A stretch of DNA of 64,000 nt from Cyanobacteriota bacterium. GTDB taxonomy: Bacteria; Cyanobacteriota; Cyanobacteriia; Cyanobacteriales; Nostocaceae. Location of the stretch: positions 64,001-128,000 of the forward strand of contig JBJOKS010000002.1 of NCBI GenBank assembly GCA_046045965.1. Direction: 5' to 3'. Each line of letters opens with the position of its first letter. Position 1 is the first letter of the stretch. Shown here in pieces: positions 29,591 to 40,120 of the stretch. A model generated the notes under the pieces. It was not told the DNA's origin, did not search any database, and saw nothing but the letters and a program-made list of their open reading frames with translations. A program made the position numbers and the translations under genes.

Positions 29591-30787
29591 TTATAAATTA
29601 GCTATATTTCTCACCGTTGAGTTAGCCTGTACAGGTAGATATTTACGTATTACACCTATGACTCGATCAGCCACTATTGGTTTAGAGATAAAATCTGTTG
29701 AACCAACTACCTTAGCACGCACTCGATCCAAAAGACCATCGTTGCCAGTTAAGATAATTACTGGTGTATTAGCAAAAGCAGGAATACGCCGTAATTGAGT
29801 ACAGATTTCATAACCACTGGCTACAGGCATAATCAAATCCAAGAAAATTAAATCTGGTTTTTCTTGAATCAAAACTGGTAATGCTTGTATGGCATCTTGT
29901 ACCTGAGTAAATCTAAATCCATGAGAGGTGATAATATCCTCTAGCATTTTACACACCAAAGGACTATCATCCACACAAGCTATCATTGGTGCAATTTGAT
30001 TAATGCGATTTCTAGGTTGTCTGGTGGTGGAGTTGTCTGCATCGGTAATTTGCAGAGGTAAATCAGGTACTTCTACCAGCTCAATAATTCCTTTCAGGAT
30101 GTAAGGAAGCAAGGAACGAGAAACAGGCATTACATCCTGCTTCATTTTGACTGCCAATTCTCGCAAAGTGTATTTGCCATTAATTAAATTGACAAAGTTT
30201 TTATACACAGATGCACTAACCATCTGTTGCAGTTGTTCTGGTCTCCGCAAGACTGGTGATGAGTTAGGAGAAATATTGGCTAAACCGACTTGTGACCAGA
30301 TCGCCCATGAGTCTTGCATCTGTTTGATTGACATATCTGCACTTGTGAAGCTCATGGGCATATCTAAGATCACTTCCTGACTTAGATTACAAGTTACAGA
30401 GGCAAAATCAACCTCCTGCGCTAAATCAAAAAATAGTTCTGCAATTGTGTTTTCGACAATAGCTTGAATTTGTTCTCGTTGGATTTTTTGCCTTTTGTAT
30501 AGGATATCCAAAATATTATAATCCCAGTAATCAATGGCAAAATCCTCATATCGACAGCGAATCTTTTCTAAGTCAATATCGGGGCAATATTGAGCCATTT
30601 GTCTACGCCAGCGTCTGAAAGGATGAGTCCCACCTGTTGCCCAAACGATTCGGCCGAGGCGATAGTAGAAAGCCCATTGACGGCCTTTGGAACTCTTAAT
30701 ATTTAGTCTTCCATTGTATTGTAATTGAGTACAGGTTTTAAACTCATTCAGTAAGTTGTGAGATTCTATGAGTTCTGAGTTGGTCAT
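29591..30787 (-). CDS. PatA-family response regulator (PATAN + receiver)
   Basis: W.FYYRLGRIVWATGG.HP.RRWRR N-terminal domain; C-terminal receiver CVDDS/FLDLIMP. Confidence 0.88.
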   Translation of the reverse strand: MTNSELIESHNLLNEFKTCTQLQYNGRLNIKSSKGRQWAFYYRLGRIVWATGGTHPFRRWRRQMAQYCPDIDLEKIRCRYEDFAIDYWDYNILDILYKRQKIQREQIQAIVENTIAELFFDLAQEVDFASVTCNLSQEVILDMPMSFTSADMSIKQMQDSWAIWSQVGLANISPNSSPVLRRPEQLQQMVSASVYKNFVNLINGKYTLRELAVKMKQDVMPVSRSLLPYILKGIIELVEVPDLPLQITDADNSTTRQPRNRINQIAPMIACVDDSPLVCKMLEDIITSHGFRFTQVQDAIQALPVLIQEKPDLIFLDLIMPVASGYEICTQLRRIPAFANTPVIILTGNDGLLDRVRAKVVGSTDFISKPIVADRVIGVIRKYLPVQANSTVRNIANL

Positions 30788-31296
30788 ACTTTGTTCCTTG
30801 TCATCAATAAGTCAGCCTCTAGAGAATCTAATATTAGCCAAACATGAGCCAGTAGTTGTCTGAAAATTGACAAAAATCAAAATATATGTGGCCTCAATGC
30901 TATAAATAGAATCCTTTGTTTTTCTATACTATTTTTGTACAGCACTTGTTTAGTCTTAATTAAGAGTATCTAAAAAGATGAGTTAGGAAATGATCCATTT
31001 AATACGTTACATCCTGTTGATTTTTTTGATGATAGTTGGTTGACTATCTGGATTGCCTAAACAGAATATTTAGGATTTAGGTATTGAGACGGGAATTACA
31101 CTTAGAAACTATTTTACGCACGATTCCCTATTAAGTTATCCGTAAAATTCCTGAATTTACATGAGGCAAAATTCAGGGTTTTGCGTATTTGCGTAATTTT
31201 TCCTTGATTACTTAATTATTATAATAATCTATACTTTGTATAGTTTTAATATTTTTTAACAAAATTAACCAAAGACGACAGAGAATTATAAGTATA

Positions 31297-31445
31297 TAGG
31301 ACTGACGCATAAGTCACGGAATAATGAACCCCGTTCGGCGTTCGCGTAGCGGTGCGTATCAGCCGTTCCCCCAGGGTAGGAGCGAGGATCACACGTTCGC
31401 GGAGCGTGACTATAGTTTGCTTGGTGACGCAGGAGTTAGAGGAAA
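31297..31445. repeat. GC-rich composite repeat / MITE-like remnant
   Basis: Starts TAGGACTGACGCA (cf. TAGGATTTACGC at 33451 and inverted at 49193); internal CGTTCGCG..GCG duplicates. Confidence 0.5.
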
Positions 31446-32153
31446 GAAGTCGTGGTATTGTAAAATATAGCTAAAAGAACATCACCAAAGTGCGGAAAAA
31501 TTGATATATCCAGTCCAAAAATTTTGAATATGACTTGAATTTTGTAGGTTTTGGAGTATTTATAAATTTTATTGATATCAAAGTTGGGTTACAAAATAAA
31601 AAAGTCCGCAGGTGCGGACTATGGACATTGGATAAGGTTAAGTTGTCACCAAGAGAGCCTACAAGATGTTAGACTTATTAATATTTTTGCTGAGTAAATA
31701 TAAAAAATCAAGTCTTTGAATGTAATGCTAAAGACATAACTCCAGGCATTATGTCTGAGCAATAACATATTTTAATTTCTCAAATATATTTATTTACTAT
31801 TATAAGTAGTTGCTAAAAATATCAACTTGATATATTGCTGACGTTAAATGACTAAAACAGCAGACAAAATTAAAGTAATTGTGTCTGGAATTTTTCTATG
31901 AGACTTAGATAATGAAAGACCCCACAAGTTATTACTTATGAGGTCTAAAGATTTTTAGGAACAGTTGAGAACAATACCAAGACTATTATCAGTAAGAGCA
32001 GGTCATTTCTCTACTGATAAAAATCTGGCAAAGTTTGCTAAAGTCTCAAACTTTTAACCTAAAAGCCCACAGGTCAATTACTGGAATACTCTACCAGACA
32101 TAATTATAGATATGTAGCCAAATTGGCTTTTTTTGACCTGTGGACGATAATAA

Positions 32154-33416
32154 TTATGAGGACAACTCAACCTGTGGGGATATATCTACTAATTGGTAGA
32201 GCTTATCTTCAAATTGTTGGCTACATACTGACCAATCAAATTCTAAGATAGAGGGGCGAGCTTGCTGAGATAATTGGGCTTTGAGTTCAGGATTTTCGAG
32301 AATTACAATGATATTTTCGGCAAAATCTTTGGGGTTGTTGGGTTGAGCAAGAAAGCCATTATAACCAACTATTACTTGTTCAGCAGTTGAGGGAGCCAGA
32401 GCAGCAACTACAGGAGTGCCAGAAGCTAAAGCTTCATTATTTGTAGTGCAGAAATTTTCCGTAACTGAAGGGTTAATAAAAACATCTGCTCTTGCGAACC
32501 ATCCTAAAAGTTCTGTACCGTGAGATTCTCCCCAAATAGTTATACCATTAGGGAAATTTTGAGCGCGACGAGCAATTTCTTTATCTAAGGGACCGCTACC
32601 AACGATGACTAAATGGACATCAGGAATTTTAGCAGCAATCAAGGGATAAGCATCTAAAAGTTGAGTAACATTTTTTTCTGCGGTGATGCGTCCCACAAAT
32701 AAAATTGTCGGTCTTTTATCGTTGGGAATTGGATCATAGCAGATGTTACGGGGATGAAATTTTTCGCAATTAATTCCTTGATAGGGTACGTATTCACCAC
32801 GTTGACATTTTAGTTGTTGGTACTTGGATAACTGTTCTCTTGAAGAAAATAAGTTGAGGTTGTAAGCCTCACTAAACTGCTTAACTAAAAGCGGAACAAT
32901 GGGACGCAGTAATGCAAATAATACATTACCTAAATAATATCGGATATAGGCAACGATATCGGTATGAAAAACGGAGATGATGGGGGTTTTAGTGCGTTTG
33001 GCGTAATCAACTCCTACAGGTCGTCCATAACCTTGTAGGAAAACTGAGTATAGCCCTCTCATCTGGGCTGCTTCTTCAACTATGATGATGTCAGGTTGAA
33101 ACTTTTCTAGTAATTTAGTATCGCTCCAATGGCGATAGTGCAGTGGTTGAGGTAGAGATTTATAGAAAATGAGTGGTTCTGTGGGAAAAGCATAGGATGA
33201 AAAGTTGGGAAAAGATTGTAGTTCTTCTAATCCCGACATGGGACGATTCCCAACTTGTTTGCTGTACTTATTATTGATTTGTGGATGAATGAGAAAAACT
33301 TCGTGTCCTTGTTCAAGTAACCAATGGACTCGCTGATGTACTGCAACTGATACTCCTGTTAAAAAAGGAGCATATAAGCCTGTAAATAAGGCGATGCGGA
33401 GGGGTTGTTTTTTCAT
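32154..33416 (-). CDS. hglT: Heterocyst glycolipid glycosyltransferase (GT4)
   Basis: FVGRITAEKN, ENFCTTNNEALASGTPV GT-B motifs; terminal gene of the hgd arm. Confidence 0.88.
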   Translation of the reverse strand: MKKQPLRIALFTGLYAPFLTGVSVAVHQRVHWLLEQGHEVFLIHPQINNKYSKQVGNRPMSGLEELQSFPNFSSYAFPTEPLIFYKSLPQPLHYRHWSDTKLLEKFQPDIIIVEEAAQMRGLYSVFLQGYGRPVGVDYAKRTKTPIISVFHTDIVAYIRYYLGNVLFALLRPIVPLLVKQFSEAYNLNLFSSREQLSKYQQLKCQRGEYVPYQGINCEKFHPRNICYDPIPNDKRPTILFVGRITAEKNVTQLLDAYPLIAAKIPDVHLVIVGSGPLDKEIARRAQNFPNGITIWGESHGTELLGWFARADVFINPSVTENFCTTNNEALASGTPVVAALAPSTAEQVIVGYNGFLAQPNNPKDFAENIIVILENPELKAQLSQQARPSILEFDWSVCSQQFEDKLYQLVDISPQVELSS

Positions 33417-33522
33417 TGTTGAGTAAACTATTTCATGAATGTGCTGGATTTAGGATTTACGCAGCAACTATCATGAAACTCTTGGTTTCTGCGCTGATAA
33501 TTAATAAAATACCCCAATGAAA

Positions 33523-34782
33523 TTACAGAGAACTTTTGGGATCAATAGGTTGATCTAACCATTGATAAGGATGATATTCAACTAAGCGAATATGCCAAGG
33601 ACTTTTAATTTTATAGGTAAGTCCTCGCCAGGTAACTGTTGACATCCATAAGGAAGATAGCATTGCTAATCCATAAACCCATTGTGTTAACGGAATAGCA
33701 ATTAACATTTTGATGATTGTGGTTAGTAAAATTTCCGGAATTGGTTGTCCTTGGGAGCGAATTATTTCTTGTACCCCTAGTTCCATGACTAGCATCAACA
33801 AGAGTAATCCAATTGTGTAGATGCTATAGGATTTAAATAAGGAAAATGCTGTATTCCATTCTGTTGCTAACAAGAATCCTAAAGCTAATACAATGGTGAC
33901 GGTAGGAAAGAGAATACTGGAAACAGCATCACTGACTAAAGCTAACCAATTGGGGTGATAAAGTCGGGAACAAAGTATTAAGCGTTTGAGCGATGTGAAT
34001 AAGTTGGGTAAATCGCTTTCTTCCCGGTTAACCATTAACAAAGAAGGGACAAATTTTATCTTCCATCCGTGTTTTTTGATGACTTTGTGCATGAGCATAT
34101 CGTCACCAAAAGCTTCTCCCCATTTTTCCAATAATTCTGTTTGGTGGAGGACTTCTTTTTTAATGGCTAAACTTCCACCCCAAGGAACTTGAAATAGGAA
34201 CATTTGCACCACTGTAGAAACGTTGCCGGCATAGCGTACTAAAGAACCCCAATATTTACCTGTGGGTACATACCAACGGTTTCCTGTTGTTAGTCCTATT
34301 TTTTCATCGGTGAAAGGACTAACTAATTCTCTTAACCAATTAGTATGAACTATGGTATCAGCATCTACTAATGCAATTACTTGGTAAGAGTCATCTAAAT
34401 CTGAAACTGCTTGCACTAAAGAACTGCATTTGAGACTACAATTATGGCGTACTGTTCTGAGGGTACTAATTTGAAAATTAGTCGCACCAATTTCCGTGAT
34501 GACTTCTTTAGCAACTTTAAAAGCTGGATCTTCTGTACTATCAATGATCAGCTTTAAATCGTACTGTGGGTAGTTTTGTTTTAAGAGCGATCGCACACAA
34601 TTAGGTAAAAACGGATCAGCACCTCGTAAACAAAGAATTACTGCCGTTTTTGGTAACTGGTTATCTGATAATAATGGTTGTTTGTATGCACGCAGATACC
34701 ATAAAAATATCAGCGTGAAACATACCTGCATCACCAGCCAACCTATCAAAGAATTAGACAGAAATGTGGTCAAATCTTCCAT
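33523..34782 (-). CDS. GT2/ceramide-glucosyltransferase-like membrane glycosyltransferase
   Basis: CLRGADP, CSLKC, LVDADT DxD, FGDD; N- and C-terminal TMs. Confidence 0.85.
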   Translation of the reverse strand: MEDLTTFLSNSLIGWLVMQVCFTLIFLWYLRAYKQPLLSDNQLPKTAVILCLRGADPFLPNCVRSLLKQNYPQYDLKLIIDSTEDPAFKVAKEVITEIGATNFQISTLRTVRHNCSLKCSSLVQAVSDLDDSYQVIALVDADTIVHTNWLRELVSPFTDEKIGLTTGNRWYVPTGKYWGSLVRYAGNVSTVVQMFLFQVPWGGSLAIKKEVLHQTELLEKWGEAFGDDMLMHKVIKKHGWKIKFVPSLLMVNREESDLPNLFTSLKRLILCSRLYHPNWLALVSDAVSSILFPTVTIVLALGFLLATEWNTAFSLFKSYSIYTIGLLLLMLVMELGVQEIIRSQGQPIPEILLTTIIKMLIAIPLTQWVYGLAMLSSLWMSTVTWRGLTYKIKSPWHIRLVEYHPYQWLDQPIDPKSSL

Positions 34783-34845
34783 TAGTTATGAGTCATTGGT
34801 GATTAGAAATAGTTACTTCTTTCGCTGTTCCCTATCACCTATTCT

Positions 34846-35319
34846 CTAGGGATCAAGAGAATATTTCATGGTGATATTGATAGTTGTATTTTTGGTCATT
34901 TTAAAGCTGGTGTTGCGGAATTTTGGTGTACCAGTTTGGATGGAAACAATAGGATTTCTGGAAACTCCAAATCCTTCTTGGGGAATACCAAAAAAGTCTT
35001 TGTTGAGTTTTGTATCTCCATTTTGATCGTCAACTACTGCTACAGCATAAGTGCCAGGTTTTAAACCAGAAAATACCTTTTTAACAGAACTACCAGTAAT
35101 CTTAGTGCAGCCACTTTGAACTTCACTGATATCACTGTAAGGAAATCCTTTTTCAGAGTCATAAATTCTCAAACAAATTTCCCCTGTTTTATTGCGTATA
35201 CCATTCACAATTACAGTGAGTGCTGTGGTTGGTTCTGCATGAACAGTGTTAGCACAACTTAAACTTAATAAAGTCGCTAACAATAGATAGGAAATGCGAG
35301 CAATTTTCAACATAAGCAC
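34846..35319 (-). CDS. DUF2141 family secreted protein
   Basis: GTYAVAVVDDQNGD.KLNKDFFGIPQEGFGVSRNP. Confidence 0.85.
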   Translation of the reverse strand: MLMLKIARISYLLLATLLSLSCANTVHAEPTTALTVIVNGIRNKTGEICLRIYDSEKGFPYSDISEVQSGCTKITGSSVKKVFSGLKPGTYAVAVVDDQNGDTKLNKDFFGIPQEGFGVSRNPIVSIQTGTPKFRNTSFKMTKNTTINITMKYSLDP

Positions 35320-35353
35320 CTATATGTTTGTGTGTAGGTTAATTGATTTAATA

Positions 35354-36331
35354 TTAATTGTTTGTTAGTAATTTATTGGAGTGGATCATTTTTGCAGCCA
35401 TCCACAAATCTTTGAGTAATAAAGATTCTGTACCTGAGAGCTTTTTCGCAATGCTTAAATAACACAATATTTGCTCATACAAATTAAGTGGACTTTGACT
35501 AATAGAAAGTAAATACTCTTTGAAAATGCGCCAATGGGGAAACAAAATTTTGCCTTTGTTACCTGAATCAAACCATACAGAATATTCATAGAAATCTGGT
35601 AACATATCTAATGAATACTGAGGATTTTTATTAGTAAATAACAGGTAATTGGGAAAAAACATACTTAGAGATTGTTGGGGATGAATCCGGGCAAAAAATA
35701 AGTATTCGGGAAGTTCATAAAACTGTCCTAGCATTGCCAGCCTTAATAATAAAATACCATCTGCATTGCCGTAACCACCCATAGGAGGGATTTTTTTTAA
35801 GGCACTTTTGCGGATTACACCATACATTTGATAACACAGATGTTTAGTTAGTAATTCATCAAACCTGATTTGTGGTTTTTCTGAATTAGTATTGAGTTTA
35901 ATGTCATAGTGTTGGAGAAAATCACCATGTTCATTAATCAAAGATGTGTGAGAATGGCATAAGATATAATGGGGATTTTTCTCAAGTACCTGTATACATT
36001 TACTGATAAAATCGGAAGCGTGTAAATCGTCATAAGCTGCCCATTTAAAGTATTCGCTCGTAGACAATTCAAAAACACGATTGAAATTACAAGCACAACC
36101 AATATTACTGGCGTTACGATAGTAACGAATTCGTTGATCTTGTGCAGCGTAATTTCTACAAATTTCCTCCGTATTATCTGTAGAAGCGTTATCTGAGATA
36201 ATTAACTCAAAGTCACTAAAAGTCTGATTTAATAGGGAATTTAGAGACTCTTTGAGAAATTTTCCGCCGTTGTATACAGGTAGTCCAATACTTAATTTTG
36301 GCTGAGATTTATACATATGCCATTCCCCCAA
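35354..36331 (-). CDS. GT2 family glycosyltransferase
   Basis: SIGLPVYNG, ISDNASTDNT, FKWAAYDD. Confidence 0.9.
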   Translation of the reverse strand: MGEWHMYKSQPKLSIGLPVYNGGKFLKESLNSLLNQTFSDFELIISDNASTDNTEEICRNYAAQDQRIRYYRNASNIGCACNFNRVFELSTSEYFKWAAYDDLHASDFISKCIQVLEKNPHYILCHSHTSLINEHGDFLQHYDIKLNTNSEKPQIRFDELLTKHLCYQMYGVIRKSALKKIPPMGGYGNADGILLLRLAMLGQFYELPEYLFFARIHPQQSLSMFFPNYLLFTNKNPQYSLDMLPDFYEYSVWFDSGNKGKILFPHWRIFKEYLLSISQSPLNLYEQILCYLSIAKKLSGTESLLLKDLWMAAKMIHSNKLLTNN

Positions 36332-36340
36332 TCATTTATA

Positions 36341-37345
36341 CTACTTCATCAATTTTTGAATGTCAGTTTTTTGCAACCATTGATGAGTGCGCTTCATGCC
36401 TTCTTCTAAGTCAATTTTGGGTTTATAATTTAAAATGTTTGTAGCCTTAGCAATAGAATAAGGGTATGGACGACTCATAAAATCAACAGACTCAGGGAGA
36501 ATATCGGCTTTTTTACGAAACAGTTTTTGTCCTTGGTTACGCACTCGGAGAAACAATTTCATTTCCTCTTTAGGAAGAGACATTGGTGCAGGTAAACCTT
36601 CCATTGCTGCTAAGTGAATAAAATACTCTTTCCAAGAAGTTTCTTGGCCATCTGTGATATTAAATATTTCGCCATAGGTTTCTTTTCCTATAGCTAAAAA
36701 TATGGCATCAATTAAGTTGTCCACATACAAATGATTCATCACACCCTTACCCTCATTTGCATAGGCAAATAATTTTTGTCGCATCATCAATACTGGCCGC
36801 ACTATCCAAGGAATACTTCCAGGTCCATAAACATCTCCAGCACGAATGATGATAACTCCAAAATCTGGGGATGAATTAAGTTTTAAAACTTCTGTTTCGG
36901 CTTCAATTTTTGTTTGACAGTAGGGATTATTTTCACTAGAAACTGTCCCGGTTTCTGTAATATTATTGGCATAGTTAAAGCCATAAACTAGGACGGTAGA
37001 AAGATGTACAAATGTTTTGACACCAGCTTGTTTTGCAGCTTTGGCTATGTTGAGAGTTCCATTAACATTGATTTCTCGAAAGTGTTTAAGTTCTCCTGCT
37101 TCTTCTGCAAGTTGAGCGGTGTGCAGAATAATATCTACTCCCTGACAAGCTTTTTGAGCAATTTTTTCGTCAGTGATGCTACCAACAATAATTTCAACTC
37201 CTAAGTTTTGCAGGTTTTTATCATTAACTGAAGAAGTTTGTAAACCGCGTACTTTTAAACCTTGAGCTATAGCTAATTCTGCTGCACGTAAACCGATAAA
37301 CTCGTCAGTTCCAGTGATAAGAATAGTTTTGTTGTTGAGGTTCAT
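36341..37345 (-). CDS. hgdA: Atypical NAD-dependent epimerase/SDR for glycolipid deposition
   Basis: ITGTDEFIG variant Rossmann motif, YCQTK; directly downstream of hgdBC. Confidence 0.8.
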   Translation of the reverse strand: MNLNNKTILITGTDEFIGLRAAELAIAQGLKVRGLQTSSVNDKNLQNLGVEIIVGSITDEKIAQKACQGVDIILHTAQLAEEAGELKHFREINVNGTLNIAKAAKQAGVKTFVHLSTVLVYGFNYANNITETGTVSSENNPYCQTKIEAETEVLKLNSSPDFGVIIIRAGDVYGPGSIPWIVRPVLMMRQKLFAYANEGKGVMNHLYVDNLIDAIFLAIGKETYGEIFNITDGQETSWKEYFIHLAAMEGLPAPMSLPKEEMKLFLRVRNQGQKLFRKKADILPESVDFMSRPYPYSIAKATNILNYKPKIDLEEGMKRTHQWLQKTDIQKLMK

Positions 37346-37398
37346 AGTATTAATTAGTAAATATGTGGGCTTGAATTTGTGAATTTGATTCAGGTTGC

Positions 37399-38577
37399 TT
37401 AGAAAATATCAGCCGGATCTGCGGAACGAAGTTTATTAATTGCCAACGCTCCAGAAGTTATGCAAATTAAAACTGTGGAAGTTAAAACAATTAGGGCATT
37501 ATTAGAAGTCATCATGATGGGTAATTTAGTTGCTTGCATAGCAAAATCATATAAAGCAACGGAACCAAGAAATCCTGGTATATAAGCTAGTAAAGCTAAG
37601 ATTAATGCTTGTTGAAAAACCACATTTAATAAGTAACCGTTGGCATAACCGATGGCTTTTAAGGTGGCATAGGCAATAAATTGAGTGGCAATATTGCTGT
37701 AAAGAATTTGATAGACAATAACTACACCCACTACAGAAGCCATTGTTAACATCAAGTTGAGAATGAAACCAATGGGTGTTCTTGCAGCCCAATATTGTTT
37801 TTCAAAATCAATAAATTGGGGACGGGTAAAAATCTGCACATCATTAGGTAAACTGGCTTGCAAATTTTTTAGAACCTGATTTGGATCAACACCTGGTTTG
37901 AGTTTAATGATACCTACATCTATATTTTCTGCGGGACGGACAAGAGGATTTATTCTTAAAAAAGTTGAGTCACTAACAATTAGATTTCCATCAACACCAA
38001 AGGAAGGACCTAAACTGAATAAACCGCCTACTCTGACTCGATAACCTTGGAGAGAATCGAAGGAAAAAATTTCAATTGTTTGCCCTGTATTTCCCTGATC
38101 AAATTTTTCGGCTATGGGACCAAATTCTGGACGAGAATCTCTATCAAATAGCATGACATCAGGAATTTTCAGCTTGTCTAAATTCTGCTCAATTTCTGGG
38201 ATATTCATGACTGGTTTACCTGGATCGAAACCAATTACATAGATTGAATATTTTTCACCAGTAGCAGGATTTTTTAATTTTGCAAATTGCAAATACATAG
38301 GGCTAACTGATTCGACACCATTAAACCCTAATGTTTGGTACAAACGATTTCGAGAAAAGCTTTGATTAGAAGTCAAAGATTTATATTGAGAACTGACTAA
38401 AAATAAATCACCTTTGAGATTTTGATGTACTGCTGTAGCACTAGAATAAAGTGCATCTTGGAAACCAAGTTGAATGAACATGAGCAGCACAATAAAAGCA
38501 ATTCCAGCGACAGCTACAACAAAACGGATTTTTTGCTGGGCTAACTGTAGCCATGCTAAAGGAATTTTAACATTCAT
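37399..38577 (-). CDS. hgdC: DevC-family ABC exporter permease
   Basis: IPLAWLQL, YATLKAIGY, KLRSADPADIF. Confidence 0.88.
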   Translation of the reverse strand: MNVKIPLAWLQLAQQKIRFVVAVAGIAFIVLLMFIQLGFQDALYSSATAVHQNLKGDLFLVSSQYKSLTSNQSFSRNRLYQTLGFNGVESVSPMYLQFAKLKNPATGEKYSIYVIGFDPGKPVMNIPEIEQNLDKLKIPDVMLFDRDSRPEFGPIAEKFDQGNTGQTIEIFSFDSLQGYRVRVGGLFSLGPSFGVDGNLIVSDSTFLRINPLVRPAENIDVGIIKLKPGVDPNQVLKNLQASLPNDVQIFTRPQFIDFEKQYWAARTPIGFILNLMLTMASVVGVVIVYQILYSNIATQFIAYATLKAIGYANGYLLNVVFQQALILALLAYIPGFLGSVALYDFAMQATKLPIMMTSNNALIVLTSTVLICITSGALAINKLRSADPADIF

Positions 38578-38669
38578 ATATTTTGTTATTAGTCATTAGT
38601 TATTAGTCATTATTTAATGGTGATTGGTAATGGGGTTAGTTATTCCCCTATTTCCTTTATTCCTAATGA

Positions 38670-39878
38670 CTAGATTTGAATAGAAACATCTACCTGCAAG
38701 TTAGTTAAGCGAGATACATTTTTGCTATCAGTGGGATTATCCAGGGATATTTTTACTTCAACAATTCTGCGATCTGTATCTGAAGTGGGGTTAATACTAA
38801 AGATTTTTTGTCTGTCAACTTGCCAACCAATTTCTCTGACTGTTCCTTGTATTTTTTCAGAAAATGCAGGACTGGTGATGATGGCTTTTTGCCCAACACG
38901 CACTTTTTGAATATCGGTTTGATAAACTTCAGCAATTACATTCATTTCTGATGTTTTACCAAGTTCAGCAAAGCCAGGATTGGAAATTACTTCACCATTT
39001 TTGGTATGAATTTTCAAAATTCTGGCATCTTTGGGGGATTTGATATAAGTTAAATCGTGGTCTGCTTTGGCTTGTTGAATAGAAGTTTCAGCACTTTTAA
39101 CTTCACTTTCTGCCAATGCAACATCTACATTACGTACTTCTTTGATGCTGCTGAGTCTAGCTTTTGCTTCCTGAATTTGATCTTGTAAAGTGTTTTGAGT
39201 GCGGAGAAGAGTAGCTTTAGCTTCTGTTAATTGTTGCTGTGTTGTCTTAAGTTGTAAGGCTTTAGTATCGGCAATGGAAGCTGAAATTGCACCATCTTTA
39301 TATAATTGCTGATAGCGATCGCTCTCTTTTTGAGCATTATCTACTTCTGCTTGAATACGGCTAATTGTTGCATTTTGAGCAGCAATTTCACCTTTTAATT
39401 GTGACTCTAAACGAGTTACTGTTGCTTTTTGAGCATTAATATCACCTGGTTTTGCTCCAGCTTTTACCTGTGCAAGTTTAGATTTTGCCACTAGCAATTT
39501 ATCAAAAGCCTGTTTAATAGCAGTTTTAGAGCGTTCATAATTCTCTAAATAAGCTAATACTTGTCCGGTTTTTACTTCGTCTCCTTCAGCTACTAACAGC
39601 TTTTCTACCCGCACACCGTTGATAGAATTAGGAGCAGATAAATAAGTAATTTTGCCTTGTGGTTGCAAACGTCCTAAAGCAGTGACAGCAACTTTTACAG
39701 GAGGTGCTTTAGGGGAATTGATACCAGAAGATGGAACCGGAGAATGAGGTTTGATACTCAATTGAGAAAAACTGTAGAAAGATGCTAAACCAGCACCTAA
39801 AGCCAGGGAAGCTGCTAAAATTATTTTCCACTTCCTAGTAGCTTTTTTCAATAACTGGCTTTCTTTGTTTACTGCCAT
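38670..39878 (-). CDS. hgdB: DevB-family membrane fusion protein
   Basis: VTALGRLQPQG, long coiled coil, AEVYQTDI, LTNLQVDV. Confidence 0.88.
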   Translation of the reverse strand: MAVNKESQLLKKATRKWKIILAASLALGAGLASFYSFSQLSIKPHSPVPSSGINSPKAPPVKVAVTALGRLQPQGKITYLSAPNSINGVRVEKLLVAEGDEVKTGQVLAYLENYERSKTAIKQAFDKLLVAKSKLAQVKAGAKPGDINAQKATVTRLESQLKGEIAAQNATISRIQAEVDNAQKESDRYQQLYKDGAISASIADTKALQLKTTQQQLTEAKATLLRTQNTLQDQIQEAKARLSSIKEVRNVDVALAESEVKSAETSIQQAKADHDLTYIKSPKDARILKIHTKNGEVISNPGFAELGKTSEMNVIAEVYQTDIQKVRVGQKAIITSPAFSEKIQGTVREIGWQVDRQKIFSINPTSDTDRRIVEVKISLDNPTDSKNVSRLTNLQVDVSIQI

Positions 39879-40106
39879 ATTTTTATTCCCATTATTATCT
39901 GATCAGGGATAGTCTTAATAGCGTAAATTACCTAAAAGAACTTATCCTTAATAGTTTTACTCTTCTTCAGTGGATAAGCCTAATTAGTTTTGTATGGATT
40001 GTTTTCAGAGTTTGTCGCCGCTATAGATAACAAGATGAACGGCAAAATAAACAGTGGTATTACTTCCAATTCTCCTCAGTTTTATCCTTAATTTGCGTTT
40101 CATGAA

Positions 40107-40120
40107 GTAGCGAGAAATAC
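40107..40120. promoter_or_regulatory. Putative NtcA-binding site
   Basis: GTA-GCGAGAAA-TAC matches GTA-N8-TAC, 229 nt upstream of hgdB. Confidence 0.55.
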
